Positions 1 through 12,720 of a stretch of 64,000 nucleotides of DNA are shown piece by piece. This stretch comes from Callorhinchus milii (lineage: Eukaryota), in assembly GCF_018977255.1 (NCBI RefSeq), contig NW_024704743.1, positions 53,074,001 to 53,138,000 of the forward strand. The letters run 5' to 3'. Position 1 is the first letter of the stretch; each line of letters starts with the position of its first letter. The translations under genes were made by a program, and so were the position numbers. Under the pieces are notes generated by a model. That model saw only the letters and a program-made list of their open reading frames with translations. It was not told the origin of the DNA and ran no database searches.

Positions 1-257
1 GATATTTTCTGTGCTTTTCAGAGAGGACACCGTGGGCCTTTACCTGGAGAGGGAGATAAGCTTTGAGAAATCTTGCTGTTCAACAACCATTACAGTGACT
101 TGACTGCTTACACAAATGTGTACAGTTCACTGAGAGCTGCACAGGAATTTCAGTATCCAACAGCTACATGCCTCAGATGGAGTATGTGGTTACTGCAACC
201 TCTGAAATCTGAGTTACAGCAGCCACTAAAATGGACGTGGGAGTTTCGCAAGACATT

Positions 258-640
258 TACTACTACAACAACAACAACAGCTTAGATTTGTATAGCGCCC
301 TCCACGCTGGATGGCGTCTCAGAGCGCTTTACAGTAACGGATCCCGGTGCCGAGCCAGGGGGAGGCGGAGGAAGGTGACCAAAGCCGCGGTCGAAAAGAA
401 AGGTCTTCAGCAAAGACCTGAAAATAGGAAGAGAGGGAGCGAGACGAAGGGAGTGAGGAAGCGAGTTCCAGAGCCTCGGGGCATAGTGGCTGAAGGCACG
501 GCCACTGAGGGTGGAGTGGAGGACTTGGGGGACAAGGAGGAGGCCAGACCCGGAGGAACGAAGGCAACGGGCACTGTTTTGAGGAGAGAGGAGGTCAGAG
601 AGGTAGGGGGGTGCGGAGGAGTGGAGGGATTTGTTAGACA
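258..640 (-). mobile_element. L2-clade LINE 3' fragment, interrupted by the CR1 and resuming at ~4922-4960
   Basis: Has a (TTG)n tail plus the gcgctatacaaat 3' end shared with other L2 copies in the window. The sequence gtggagggatttg..aca continues as agagtgaggatcttgaa after the CR1. Confidence 0.75.
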
Positions 641-949
641 GTCAGGAGCAGAGGCACGAGAGCGAGGGGCAGAGCCGAGATCAGCCAGTCGGTGTGAGGT
701 AAAAAAACAGCAGGAAAACTAAAAAGTGACATCAGGGCGACGTCACCATCAAAACATTCTTAAAGAGTAAACTAACAGCTAACACTAACTACTAACTAAC
801 AGTAAACTAACACTAACTACTAATTAACAACACTAAAAATAAAATAAATTTTAAAAAATTAAGAATTAATTAAGAATTTAACTTTTTAAAAAATAACAAT
901 AATAAATTAAATAAAACTTTAATTCACAGTGGGGGTGGGAGAGGCGACA

Positions 950-1880
950 ATGGCGTGGCAGGTGTTGTGTGAGGACTGTAACATGTGGGATTTGCTGGAG
1001 GGCAGTCTGAGCCCGGGCGGCCACATCTGCAGCAAATGTCTACGACTGAGGCAGCTCCAGCTCAGTGTCTGAGCTGGAATCCGAGGTGCAGACATTGCAC
1101 AGTATGAGGGACAGTGAGTGCTTCCTGGATAGTTTCATCCTGGAGCCAGTCACTCCCCTGAGGCTCAGGGAATGTGTAGATAATAGTATCAGCCCAGGAC
1201 AGGATAGGATGTCTGACAGGCAGGAGGTTAAGGGAACACCAGAGAGAGTGGTAGTGAAGTCTCAGGCTTTAACCTTGGCCAACAAGTACGAGATCCTTGC
1301 AACCTGTGTGGACAAGGAAGCCTCTGAGGAGGAAGGAAAACATGATTCCAATATTAGGGGAAACAAACGGAAAGTTATAGTAATTGGGGACGAGACTATC
1401 AGGGGGACAGGTACACTTATCTGCAGCCGCAACCAGAAGACCCGAAGGCTCTGTTGCCTTCCTGGGGCTGGGGTGAAGGACGTCTTGGCGGGGCTGGAGG
1501 AGAATCTAAAACATGAGGGTGAGGATCCGTTGGTGGTATTTCACATAGGTACCGATGACATAGGTAGGGTTAGTTGTGATGAGTTGAGGAGGGAGTTCAA
1601 TGAGCTGGGAACTAAATTAAAGCAAAGAACATCAAAGGTTGTGATATCAGGATTGCTGCCTTTGACATGTGCAAATTGGTACAGGAATAAACAAATTAGA
1701 GAGTTAAATGCATGGCTGAGGGAGTGGTGTGGAACACAGGGGTTTCATTTTATGGGTCATTGGCACCAGTATTTGGAGAAAAGGGGTCTTTTTCAAAAAG
1801 ATGGGCTCCACTTAAATTGGGCTGGGACAAATGTCCTAGCAAACCGAATACATAGAGAGGTAAATAAAGCTTTAAACTAG
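950..1880 (+). pseudogene. CR1 ORF1 (CxxC-x16-CxxC zinc finger, coiled coil, SGNH-esterase-like domain), one frameshift near 1064
   Basis: ATG at 950 reads MAWQVLCEDCNMW...HICSKCLRLRQLQL, then shifts frame into ORF 1065-1880 with VIGDE/CLPGA/HIGTDD/DGLHLN motifs. Confidence 0.88.
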
Positions 1881-2059
1881 TAAGGGGGCGGGTGGTGGGG
1901 GGGTGGGCACACAATCAGAAATAATCGCAAGCCAGTAATATTAAAAAACTAAAGGTGGCAGAACAGAATAGCAAGAGAGATAAACAGAATAGGTCAAAGA
2001 GTGGTAAGAAGCTCAGTAAAGAAGATAGGGCATCAGAGAGTAGGGGAAATGATAAGAAA

Positions 2060-4760
2060 TTAAAATCCCTATATCTGAACGCACAAAGCATTCGGAATAA
2101 GATAGATGAATTAAAGGCACAGATAGATACAAATAGGTATGATTTAGTAGCCATTACTGAGACATGGTTACAGGAAGATCTAGGCTGGGAATTAAATATT
2201 CTGGGGTTTTCAGCTTATAGGAAGGATAGACAATGTGGAAAACAAGGTGGGGGGGTAGCCTTGTTAATAAAGGATGGAATAAAATAGTAGAGAGGAAGGA
2301 TTTCAAATCAGATAACCAGGATGTAGAGACGGTATGGGTAGAATTACGAAATAACAAGGGGCAGAAAACATTAGTGGGAATAGTTTATAGACCCCCAAAC
2401 AGTGATCACAGCATAGCGCAGGGTATTAATCAAGAAATTAGAGGAGCGTGTAGCAAAGGTAATACAGTAATAGTGGGTGATTTCAATCTTCACATAGATT
2501 GGGAAAACCAAATCGGCAAAAGTAGGGTAGAGGAGGAGTTTATAGAGTGTATGAGAGAGAGCTTTCTGGAGCAGTACGCTGAGGAACCAACTAGGGGACA
2601 GGCCATCCTAGACCTTGTTTTGTGTAACGGAACAAGGCGAGTCAGTAATATAGATATTAAGGCTCCTCTAGAGCAGAGTGATCATAACATGATAGAATTT
2701 AGTGTTAAGTTAGAGAGCAATGTAGTCAAATCCGAAGCAAAGGTCTTAAATTTAAATAAAGCTAACTTTGCAGGTATGAGGGAAGAATTAGCTGAAATAG
2801 ACTGGGGAATTAGATTAATGGATATGACAACAGATCAACAGTGGCAAACGTTTAAAGATATAGTGCAAAATTCTCAGTAGGCACATATTTCCTTGAGGAA
2901 TAAGAGTACCACAGGGAAAGCAGTTCATCCGTGGTTAACTAGAGCAGTTAGAGAAAGTATAAAACTAAAAGAAAAGGCCTATAAAACTGCCAAAAAGAGT
3001 AGCAAACCTGAGGACTGGGAGTGTTTTAGGGACCAACAAAGGAAAACCAAAAAGCTCATTAAGAGTGAGAAAATGGATTATGAGGGCAAGCTAGCTAGGA
3101 ACATTAAGACAGATTGTAAGAGTTTTTATAAATACATTAAGAGGAATAGGCTAGCAAAAGTAAATGTGGGTCCATTACAGGCAGAGACAGGAGGAATTAT
3201 AATGGGGATAAGGATATGGCAGAGTCCCTAAATAAATACTTTGCTTCTGTCTTCACGTTAGAAGACACAAGAAGTTTACCAGAAATAGAGATGAACCAAG
3301 GGGCTAATGATAGGGAGCAACTTAGGGAAATTTACATTAGCAAAGAATTGGTGCTAGGGAAATTGTTGGCATTAAAAAGTGATAAGTCCCCTGGACCTGA
3401 TGGTCTGCATCCTAGGATTTTAAAAGAGTAGCTCATGAGATAGTGGAGGCCTTGTGTCTGATCTTCCAAAATTCTTTGGATTCTGGAACGGTTCCCATTG
3501 ATTGGAAGATCGCAAACGTCACACCACTATTTAAGAAGGGTGGGAGAGAAAAGATGGGGAACTGTAGACCAGTCAGTCTGACATCGGTGGTAGGGAAAAT
3601 TCTAAAATCCTTAATTAAGATACTTAGAGGATCACAATATGATCAGACAGAGTCAACATGGCTTTACAAAAGGGAAGTCATGCTCAACAAATCTTTTAGA
3701 TTTTTTTGAGGACATCTCAAATAGATTAGATGGGGGGGAATCAGTGGATGTAGTGTATTTAGATTTCCAAAAGGCATTCGATAAGATGCCGCATAAAAGG
3801 TTGATCCACAAGATTAGGGCCCATGGAATTAAGGGGAATATATTAGCATGGATTGAAGAATGGCTGATGGGAAGAAAACAAAGAGTAGGGATAAACGGGT
3901 CCTTCTCAGATTGGTGGCATATGACTAGTGGAGTGCCACAAGGATCAGTGCTTGGGTCTCAACTATTTATCTACATCAACGATCTAGATGAGGACATCGA
4001 ACTTAATATATTCAAATTCGCAGATGAAACTAAACTAAGAGGGAGAGTAAACACTGAGGATGACATTAGAAAAATGCAACGAGATACAGATAGGTCAGGT
4101 GAGTGGGCAAATAGGTGGCAGATGAAGTATAATGTAGGGAAGTGTGAAGTCATCCACCTAGGTTGCAAAAACAGTAGAGCAGATTATTTTTTAGAAGGGG
4201 AGAGACGAGATAGTGTTAGCGTTCAGAGGGACTTGGGTGTCCTTGTACACCAGTCACAAAAAGTTAGTTTGCAGGCACAGCAAACAATTAGGAATGCTAA
4301 CGGTATGTTGGCATTTGTTACAAAAGGGTTAGAATATAAGAGTAGGGAAGTCTTGCTGCAACTGTGCAGGGCCCTGGTGAGACCGCACCTAGAGTACTGT
4401 GTGCAGTTTTGGTCTCCTTATTTAAGAAAGGATGTACTCGCCTTAGAGGGGGTACAACGTAGATTCATGAGGGGGATGAGTTATGAGGATAGGTTGAGCA
4501 ATTTAGGCCTATATTCTCTAGAATATAGAAGAATGAGAGGTGATCTTATAGAAACCTATAAGATTATTAAGGTGCACAACAGAATAGATAGTGGGAGACT
4601 TTTTCCCCTGGTTGGAGAAACTATAACCGGGGTCACAGTCTTAAAATTAGGGGTAAGCCCTTTCGCACTGAGTTGAGAAAAAACTTCTTCACTTGTGAAT
4701 TTATGGAATTCTCTACCCCAAAGGGCTGTAGATGCTCAGTCCTTGAACATATTCACGACT
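2060..4760 (+). pseudogene. CR1 ORF2 (APE endonuclease + reverse transcriptase), broken by several frameshifts and stops
   Basis: Collinear fragments occur in ORFs 1955-2287, 2233-2880, 2893-3231, 3216-3431, 3443-3709 and 3639-4676. The catalytic FADD reads FADE. Confidence 0.92.
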
Positions 4761-5754
4761 GAGATTGATAGATTTCTTGTGAATAAAGGGATTACGGGAT
4801 ATGGGAATAAGGCAGGTAGGTAGAGTTAGAATAGATCAGCCATGATCTTATTGAATGGCGGGGCAGACTAGAGGGGCCGAATGGCCTACTCCTGCTCCTA
4901 ATTCTTATTTCTTATGTTCTAAGAGTGAGGATCTTGAAATCGATCCTCTCTGGGATAAGCATGATTGGGTGCCGCATTTCTCTCACAAAATATACAGTCG
5001 ATTCACTTTACAGCATATTCTGTGATGCGCTGTGAGATGTCTCAACAACGTGATATATCAAATATATATATATTTGATATATCAAATGCAAGGATTATTA
5101 TTGTATTATTATAGCTACCTTATATCCAGTTCTCCCTCTCCATTGAGCTATGATTCCCCCAATTGAAACAATTCGCCAAGTCACCTGGTGTAAAGTGGTT
5201 TCATATCATACAGAGCAAATTCACCAGCTTTCCCAAGAACGTTTGCAGTAGATCAACCCCCACAAAGCAAGCCATGCAATTCTATAAATGAGTTCTGCTG
5301 TATTGTAAGATTTAAATACATTTAACTTTTTAAGCTCCATTAACTTGGCTGGAGAATCATTGTGTTAGTGCTCGATAAAGTCAGACTGTCACTCATTCCA
5401 AGCTTATTGCATTAGTTTCATCTTTCATTTGGGAATTTAATGCTTTTTAATGTGCCGTTCTATTTATTATTACAACAGCTTTTGATTTGTTTCCCCATCT
5501 AACAACTATAATAGAATGAAGAAATTGCTACAGTGAGTAAACTGTTTTTCCACTTGGCTGCTTCTGTCTGAGCAGTTTGTATTTTATTTATGCAGCTATT
5601 GATAACAATCTTTAAAATTACCGAGCCTCAGACTAGCTCCAATATGTGGGGCAAACGCCCAGCAATAACAGTTGATTCTGCATCTATCAATTGCTTTATT
5701 AAGGGACTGGATAAATATTTATTTTGGAGTAATGAGGTTATAACGGAAGGTGTA

Positions 5755-6781
5755 ATACAACAACAACAACAAAATGACATTTATAGAGCGCCTTTCACGT
5801 CAGGAGGACGTCCCAAAGCGCTGTTTTGAGGGGGAAAGGAACAGTGCCAGATGACAGGGAGAGGTTAATGATGTCAGCAAGAAGTGGGGCAAGGAGGTGG
5901 AGCTGGGATTTAAGGAGAGGGGTGGGGATGGGGTCCAGAGAGCAGGTGGTGGGCTTCATGGAGGTTATGGTGGTGAAGAGAGGAGGGGTTGACAGGTTCA
6001 AAGGTATAGGAGGAGGGATGGGTAATTGTTGGATGGGTAATTATGTGGGGTGGGGGTTGGGAGGGGTTGGAAGTTGGGAGGGCAGTGGCAGCTGAGCGGA
6101 TTCTCTCAATTTTGGACTCCAGGAAGTCCAGCATTTTCCCACAGTGAGAGTCAGAGGAAAGAATCTGCGAGACATGGTGGGGAGGGCGGAGAAGCCGGTT
6201 GGTGTTGGAGAACAGGAGCCTGGGGTTGCCCTTCGCCTCCAGGATTAACCTGGAGTAGAAGGATGATTTGGCCGAGGCGAGAGCAGAGTGGTAGTTTTGA
6301 TGAGGTCCAACCAGTTGTGTCGGTGGATGGTTAGGCCGGATTTGAGCCAAGTGCGTTCAGCAGCCCGCACCTGATCCTTGAGTGAGCAGAGGTGGCTGGT
6401 GAACCAGGGTGAGGATCGGGAATAGGAGGCAGTTGGGAGGTGAGGGGGGCAAGGGCATCGAGTGTGGTGGAGAGTGTCCTGTGGAGAAGAGTAAATACAG
6501 CGAGTGGGTTGGTGCAAGAGGTGGACCAGAGGGGAAGGAGTTCGAGGACTCCAGGGCACCGGAGAGGGACTGCGGGGAGATCTTCTTCCACGGGCGGTAG
6601 AAGATGGTGGTAGGTTTCGAGGCAGTGTGGAGAGATATATAGGAGTTGAGGGCGATGAAACGGTGGTCAGAGATGGCCTTGTCAGTGACGGTGACGTCCG
6701 AGATACTGAGGCCTCAGGTGATCACCAGGTCGAGCGTGTGACCATGGGTGTGGGTAGCAGAGTGGATGTGGAGGGAGAGTC
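5755..6781 (-). mobile_element. L2-clade LINE fragment (APE end and linker) joined directly to an L2 3' tail
   Basis: Minus-strand peptides THTHGHTLDLVI, SPWFTSHL..ERTWLKSGL, AKSSFYSRLI..NPRLLF and KPTTCSLDPIPTPLLK run into cagcgctttgggacgtcctcctgacgtgaaaggcgctctataaatg(ttg)n. Confidence 0.85.
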
Positions 6782-6782
6782 C

Positions 6783-7163
6783 TAATAATAATAATAGTAA
6801 TCCTTGTATTTGATATAGCGACTAATCACAGCTTCAAGGTGTCTCAAAGTGCTTCATGGAATATATTGTAAAGTTAATTGACTGTATATTTCATGGGCGA
6901 AATGTGGCAGCCAATTGTGCAAAGCGGTGTCCCACAAATAGTCGTGGATTGAGTGACCAATTTATTATTATTATTTATTTTATTTTTTTGAAGGAATTAT
7001 TACCCCGGAAACGTGATCTGCCAATCAACTAACAACTGGGTTCCTACTTACCGCTAGGTAAACAGGGGTGTGTGGAGTAAGGAAACCTTTCGCCCTACCA
7101 GGAATCAAAACCAGGTCTCTCGCTTGCGAGACGATTGCTCTAACCACTGAGCTACAGGACTCC
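6783..7163 (-). mobile_element. Young tRNA-derived SINE (long variant with internal tttacctagc..gtaggaacccag block)
   Basis: Head GGAGTCCTGTAGCTCAGTGG with A/B boxes, Deu-like body tttgtgggacac..caattggctgcc, tail gctatatcaaatacaaggat(TAT)n. Confidence 0.9.
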
Positions 7164-7574
7164 ACTGTAGTCTGAAATTGAAAATACTTCATGGGATACA
7201 ATGCATTCCGTATTCTCCTGGGCAAGTATTCAGAGTAATTATTTTTAATTGTTAAGAATAATTGTATTTGATATAGTTCTGTATCATCTCAAAACATCTC
7301 AAAGGGCTTCACTCAATGGGATAAAATTGCAACCTGCGATTGGATAATTCGCACGGCTGATAATTATCACATTTAAGAAATTTGTGATCAATCAAGGAAT
7401 GTGAACCTTCTCCATCTTCTACCTCTCCTCTTTGATTTTGGCACAATAGTAGATCCTATACTTGTTCAGAAGCTTTCTGTGGCTGCGATTACCATTGCCA
7501 CCAGAGATTGAGTAAATATAACCCATTAATATATACAATTAAGTAATAAAGTTAATAAGAATCCAGACATTACA

Positions 7575-8001
7575 ATATAATAACAATCCTTGTATTTCAT
7601 ATAGCACTACATCATGTCATTGAGACATCTCAAAATACCTCACAGTGTTCACTGTAAAGACTGTTATTATCTGGAGGAATACAGCAACCAATTTGAGCAC
7701 AGAAATGTCCCACAAACAGTCATGGAGTGAATGGCCCATTTTATTTGGGGGATTGTTGGCCAGGACACTGGGATAAACTTCTGAATATGTTTTTTAATAA
7801 TGCCATGGGATCTTTAAAGTCCACCTGAATAAGTAGACAGATCCTGTCATTTTTAACATCTCATCTGAAAGACGACACCTCTGACAATGCAGCCGTATTG
7901 GAGCTTAGACTATACAAATTCCAAATCCAGATTGAACCCACAATCTTCCGACTCTGAGGTAAGAGTGTGTCAGCCTACCAGCTGAGGTAGGCTGACACAC
8001 T
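7575..8001 (-). mobile_element. Older DeuSINE (SacSINE1/AmnSINE1-like)
   Basis: Reverse complement shows the head gtgtcagcct..ctcag and the Deu core caggtggac..aaagatcccatggca..ccagtgtcctggccaac. Confidence 0.75.
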
Positions 8002-8002
8002 G

Positions 8003-8066
8003 TTGAGTTAACATAGTATGTTGAGCTTGAGTTAATTTAGTATCTTGAGTTTGAGTTAATATAGTA
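8003..8066. repeat. 24-bp minisatellite, about 2.7 copies (TTGAGTTAAyaTAGTAT-TTGAG-)
   Basis: Direct tandem units visible in the sequence. Confidence 0.75.
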
Positions 8067-9956
8067 ACCCAAGGACATGGCATTGAAGAGATGTAACTCA
8101 AAATTGAGATGATGTAAATAGAGAGTAAATGATGAAAAATCATTACTGACTATGAAAACTACAAGTGACAAAATCATTTAATGAGTGAGCTGCAGGAGTG
8201 AAGCCTCAGCTCTTTTTCATTGAGTCACTGCCATACATTCTATTCTTACCATAAAAATGCTGGCGAATACTGCACTTCTACTTTTCCAAGTATTTTTAAA
8301 AAAACACTAAACTTTTATAGGTTCAGATTGTTATCTAATGGCATTGATTGATGGAAAATAAATCCCACTGTAACAAATATAAGAACCTGAAAAGGTTATA
8401 TGCCTGTCTGTTTAGCTCATCATCAAGTTCTGATTTTAGATCTGATCTAATTTCCTTCTCTTCCCCGCCCCCCACGTCTGCCCCTCACGAAACCCACACC
8501 CCCACGACCCCCCCCCACCCTCCATGAAACACCCCCACGAGCCCCCCAACCCTCCAGCTCCAAGTTCTAAAGCTATAAAACATTATCAATCTCCCAGATT
8601 CCTGGTTAACTTGATCAGTCACCACATGGCTGTTTGTGGGACTTTGTTATCTGCAAAATGGTTACCACATGTGCCTGAAAAATAAGTGACTATACTTGAC
8701 AGTAATAGTTTCTGAACTGCTTTCCGACCTGCTAAAGCTCTATAAAAATGTAAGTTTGTCCTTTGTCCATTAGTCTTGCTCCTTCCCTCACCTCCTTCAA
8801 GGTCCATTTCAAGAGCTTGCTCTTCGACTGCCCTTGTGGCAATATTCCCCCCTCTCACCCCGCCTGCCCACCCCCCTCCCACCGCAGCTAGGGTTCAAAT
8901 CTTATACTGTCCCGAGCCTTGGAATGTCCTCCCAACGTGAAAGGGACTATGTAAATGTAAATTTCAATTGTTTTGTTGCATTGAAAGTTCTTCTTTCTTT
9001 CCTTGAAATGTGTGGTACAATAGATAGCACAGTATGATGAATTATATATATTTTCACTCGTCAGCCACTTTGCAGAAAAGCTCTTTCCAGTGTTGCTTCA
9101 CTGCTCTTATCAGGGATGCCCAATTTAATTATGTTTAATTATACATCCTATTGCTTAATAGAAGATTTTGTGAGTCACCAAAAAAAATTTCATTAGGCAG
9201 TCTTCATATTTCAAATTGACTCTTTTTAATATGCATTGTCTTGCCCAATTTTGTCACTTCCAAATCATCATCTATTTTTCCATTTAATCACTATTTTATG
9301 TCCCATCTGCCTTGTGATTCAGATGTGAAAGCATGTCCCTACCGTTATTTCAAAGAAATGTGGAGTTTTCCTCACAGCTATCTTATCTCACATTCCGTGC
9401 GATTTGAAAAATTCTAATTAATTTCCTATTGAGTCAGAATATAATAATAATCCTTGCATTTGATATAGCACCTTATCATATCTTCGAGACATCTTCGAGA
9501 ATGTTGTGGATTCAAGCCCCAAGTCAAGACTTTGAACTCATATAGTTTAGGCTGACATTCCAGAGTAGTCCTGGGGAAGCATTGCATTGTCAGAGATGAC
9601 AACCTGCAGCTGAGACACTAAACAGAAGTACAGTTTGTCTATTCAGGTGGACAACTTGAAAAGAAAAGGGAGTTTCCCAGTTTCTTGGGCAATTGTTTAG
9701 TGTGATTGCAAGTAGAAAAGACTGTTAGAAGGGCAAACAGAGGATTCTTAGCCAGGGAGAAGTGGAGGTGACCATTGGCACAAATGAAGAGGAAAGTCTT
9801 CAGGTGTGATCTGAAGACAGGTAAAGAGCAGTGAGATGGAGGGATTGTGGCAGAGAGTTTCTGCCACAGGGGTGTAGGGGCTGAAGGTGTGGTGGCTGAT
9901 ATTGGAGTGGAGGCGTTGTGGGAGCGCCCCATGGGAACGAAGGGCAGGAGGAATGC

Positions 9957-10309
9957 ATAATAGTAATAATAATCCTTGCACCTTATCACATCTTTGAGAC
10001 ATCTCAAAGAGCTTCTCAGAATATACTGTATAGTGAATTGACTATATATTTTGTGGGAGAAATGTGGCAGCCAATTGCACACAGCAGTGTCCCACAAACA
10101 GTCGTGATATTATTATTTTTTTGGAGAAGGGTTTATTCCCCCCGGAAAAGCGATCCGCCAATCGATTAACAATCGGGTTCCTACTTACTGCTAGGTAAAC
10201 AGGTGTATGGAGTAAGGAAACTTGCCCAACGTTATGCCTTATCCGGGAATCAAACCCAGGTCCCCTTCCTTGGGAGGCGAGTGCAGTAATCACTGAGCTA
10301 CAGGACTCC
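9957..10309 (-). mobile_element. Young tRNA-derived SINE (long variant)
   Basis: Same head, internal block and (TAT)n tail as 6783-7163. Confidence 0.9.
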
Positions 10310-11574
10310 ATAAGGATGATCATTCTCCTCCCTAGAACAACAGTGGGAGACAGTGGCAGAGGCAAGGATTACCTTCCAGCCCGTATCGTAGGTTCATAGA
10401 ATTATACAGCACAGAAGGGGACCATTCGGTCCATTGTGTCTGTGCTGGTTCTCTGAAAGAGTTTAGTCCCACTCCCATGCTCTCTCCCCATAGCCTTGCA
10501 AATTTGTCCTTCTTAAATATCTAACTATGTGTCTCGTGCCACCTAATGGAATCGGAGCTCGACCAGATGAACATTATTGTGTCCTGCTCTGACTTCCTTC
10601 TTCCCCAGGCCCAGACCACCTCTACCAGAAGAGAAATTTGAAATCTGTGGGGTGAGCACAGATTCCCATAGTATACAATACGTCCTACTCAGTTAAGCAG
10701 TTTGGCAGATTCCCCCATCAACCCCAGAGCTGAAGGATGTGGTAAACCATCCCACACAGCAGCCACAAGAAGTGCCTGAGTTTTCTCCTGAGTAACTGCG
10801 GGTGGTGGAGTTTTTAATTAATTGGATTTTATGAATGTTGGAGCTGGGGAAAACAGCTACAAGGGCACTGGAACAACAATAATAAAAACAATAACTTGCA
10901 TTTATATATCACCTTTATTGCCTCAGAGAGCTTGGAGTTCATTGAAAAATCAAAGCAGGAGGTTGGAGCACACTGACAGTTGGTACACTTAGGGAACATA
11001 CATATGTTTTTGAAATGCCAACTTGTTATGTTTTTCATATTATATTTAATTCTGATTGGTGATCTTTCTAATGCATTTATCATTTTATAATGGCAGATTA
11101 ACAGCTTTTTTTGATGACCATTATAATTATCTATGCATTTGCATTGATATATCACAACATCGAAATGTCTAAAGCAGTTCGAAAATAATTTTTATTTTAA
11201 ACTGTAGTGACTGTTTATTTTGTAGGTTAATGTGAAGGCTAATTTGTGAACAACATTGTCTCACAATAGCCATTATATAAAAAGGTGGATTGCCGTATTT
11301 ATTAAAATAAATTATTGATATTTTATCCAGGATGCTCCGTGTATTTTTTATACGACCCAAAACAAAGACCAATTCCTCTCGCCCTTCCATTACCCCCAGG
11401 ACCCTGAACACACCAGCTCCTTGAAATCATAAGTAGCAATATAATATTCTGACAATGCAAAATTGCATAAATATCCACTCCCCCCAAAAAAAAATAATTT
11501 CTGAATATTTGCCCCCCAATACACCAATTTGTTCTCCAGTGAAGTGTTTGGTATCATATACAGTTTTTTTTGAT

Positions 11575-11845
11575 CAGACAGCTACATTTCAAATGCAGAA
11601 ACCCATCATCATGCTTAAGAGTATCCAAACCAAGCTGAGATTTCTATACATCCCTCCTACACGTGGAAATCCCAGAGATAGATTGTTGGAATGGATTGCA
11701 CACTCTCTACCTGGAGGGACACATCCTGCTTACTTAATTATGGAAGGTATTAGGAGCAGGTTGGCAAGAGCCAAGACCTGGGGACCCCAGTACCATTGGG
11801 ATACAGCTGGAGTCTAACCAGCTAAAATAAATACTCGCGCTTTAT
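11575..11845 (+). repeat. Unclassified interspersed repeat (family X)
   Basis: Homologous to 12405-12720(+), 21150-21320(-), 36630-36730(+), 48095-48550(-) and 57010-57623. Shared blocks include catgcttaagastatccaaacc, ctacctggaggga, tacytaattctgga and ctaaccagctaaaa. Confidence 0.75.
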
Positions 11846-12404
11846 GTCCTAAAATTGCCCTTTGCAACATGTGTCCTTTTGTTCTGGTCTCTTGGCACAT
11901 CTGAAAGCATTGTTCTGGGTTTACTTGCTGACTCCCATTTAAAATCTTATATGGTTCCATAAATGGCTCTCACAGAGCCCTTTGTTTTCAGAGAAGCCCT
12001 AACTTGTCTATCACTGCTCATGGCTAATTCCACTAACATTGGTGATCATTCTTATTGCTCTACTTTGCACTGACTTCAGGTCCTGGACAGCCCCCTTATA
12101 TCACAGGAAACAGTAGTCCAGGTGAACCAGAGCCCTGAGCAACATGATTTTACTTGCATTCGGCCTATAAAAATCTTTTTCTTCAATGAGATAAGCTTCA
12201 ATTTTATCTTTGTAAATAAATGATGATTTAGGGTCACAGAATTATTGTTCATCTCTGAACTTATCTATCTGTCGTGGAAGGCCAACCCATTCCAACAACC
12301 ATTAAAAGAGAAATTGTATTTTTCATTATCCAAGAGCTTCCATTATCCAGTTTAGCCCAGCCTCATTACAGTGGTTAAAGAATTTGCAATACAACTTTTT
12401 GGGA

Positions 12405-12720
12405 ATGTCTGATACATGCGGAAACACATCACTATGCTTTAGAGTTCCACAAATGTATGCCACATGGAACATTCCCTGTGTCTGGAATGGATGCACCACA
12501 CTTACTTAATTCTGGAGACCATTAAGAGCCAAAGCTTGGGGAACTCATTGTGTGCATTGAGGTACTGCTGCCATGTAACCAACTCAAACCATATAGATTG
12601 CCATTGAGAAAATTGTTTGGCAATCTTCCAGTTGCTTGACTAGCTGTATTTTGTAGGCAAACTCGGACCTCTCTATCTGTAGGGTTAACAGGAGCTGAGT
12701 AGGAAGAATCCCCGCTTGCC
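12405..12720 (+). repeat. Unclassified interspersed repeat (family X)
   Basis: Collinear diverged blocks matching the reverse complement of 48095-48550. Confidence 0.65.

Larger units (their letters stand above)
641..4922 (+). mobile_element. Near full-length CR1-clade LINE, inactivated
   Basis: 5'UTR with TGACATCA/GACGTCA motifs and (ACTA)n; ORF1 with zinc finger and SGNH esterase; ORF2 with APE (YLNAQSIRNK, ITETWL, GDFN, LDLVL, SDH) and RT (QHGFTKGKSC, YLDFQKAFD, GVPQGSVLG, FADETKL); CR1-type 3' end ggccgaatggcctactcctgctcctaattcttat. Confidence 0.95.

Noticed and set aside
3639..4676. 345-aa RT ORF as an active or domesticated gene
   Set aside because: It has FADD changed to FADE and small deletions, and sits within a frameshifted CR1 with an intact LINE tail.
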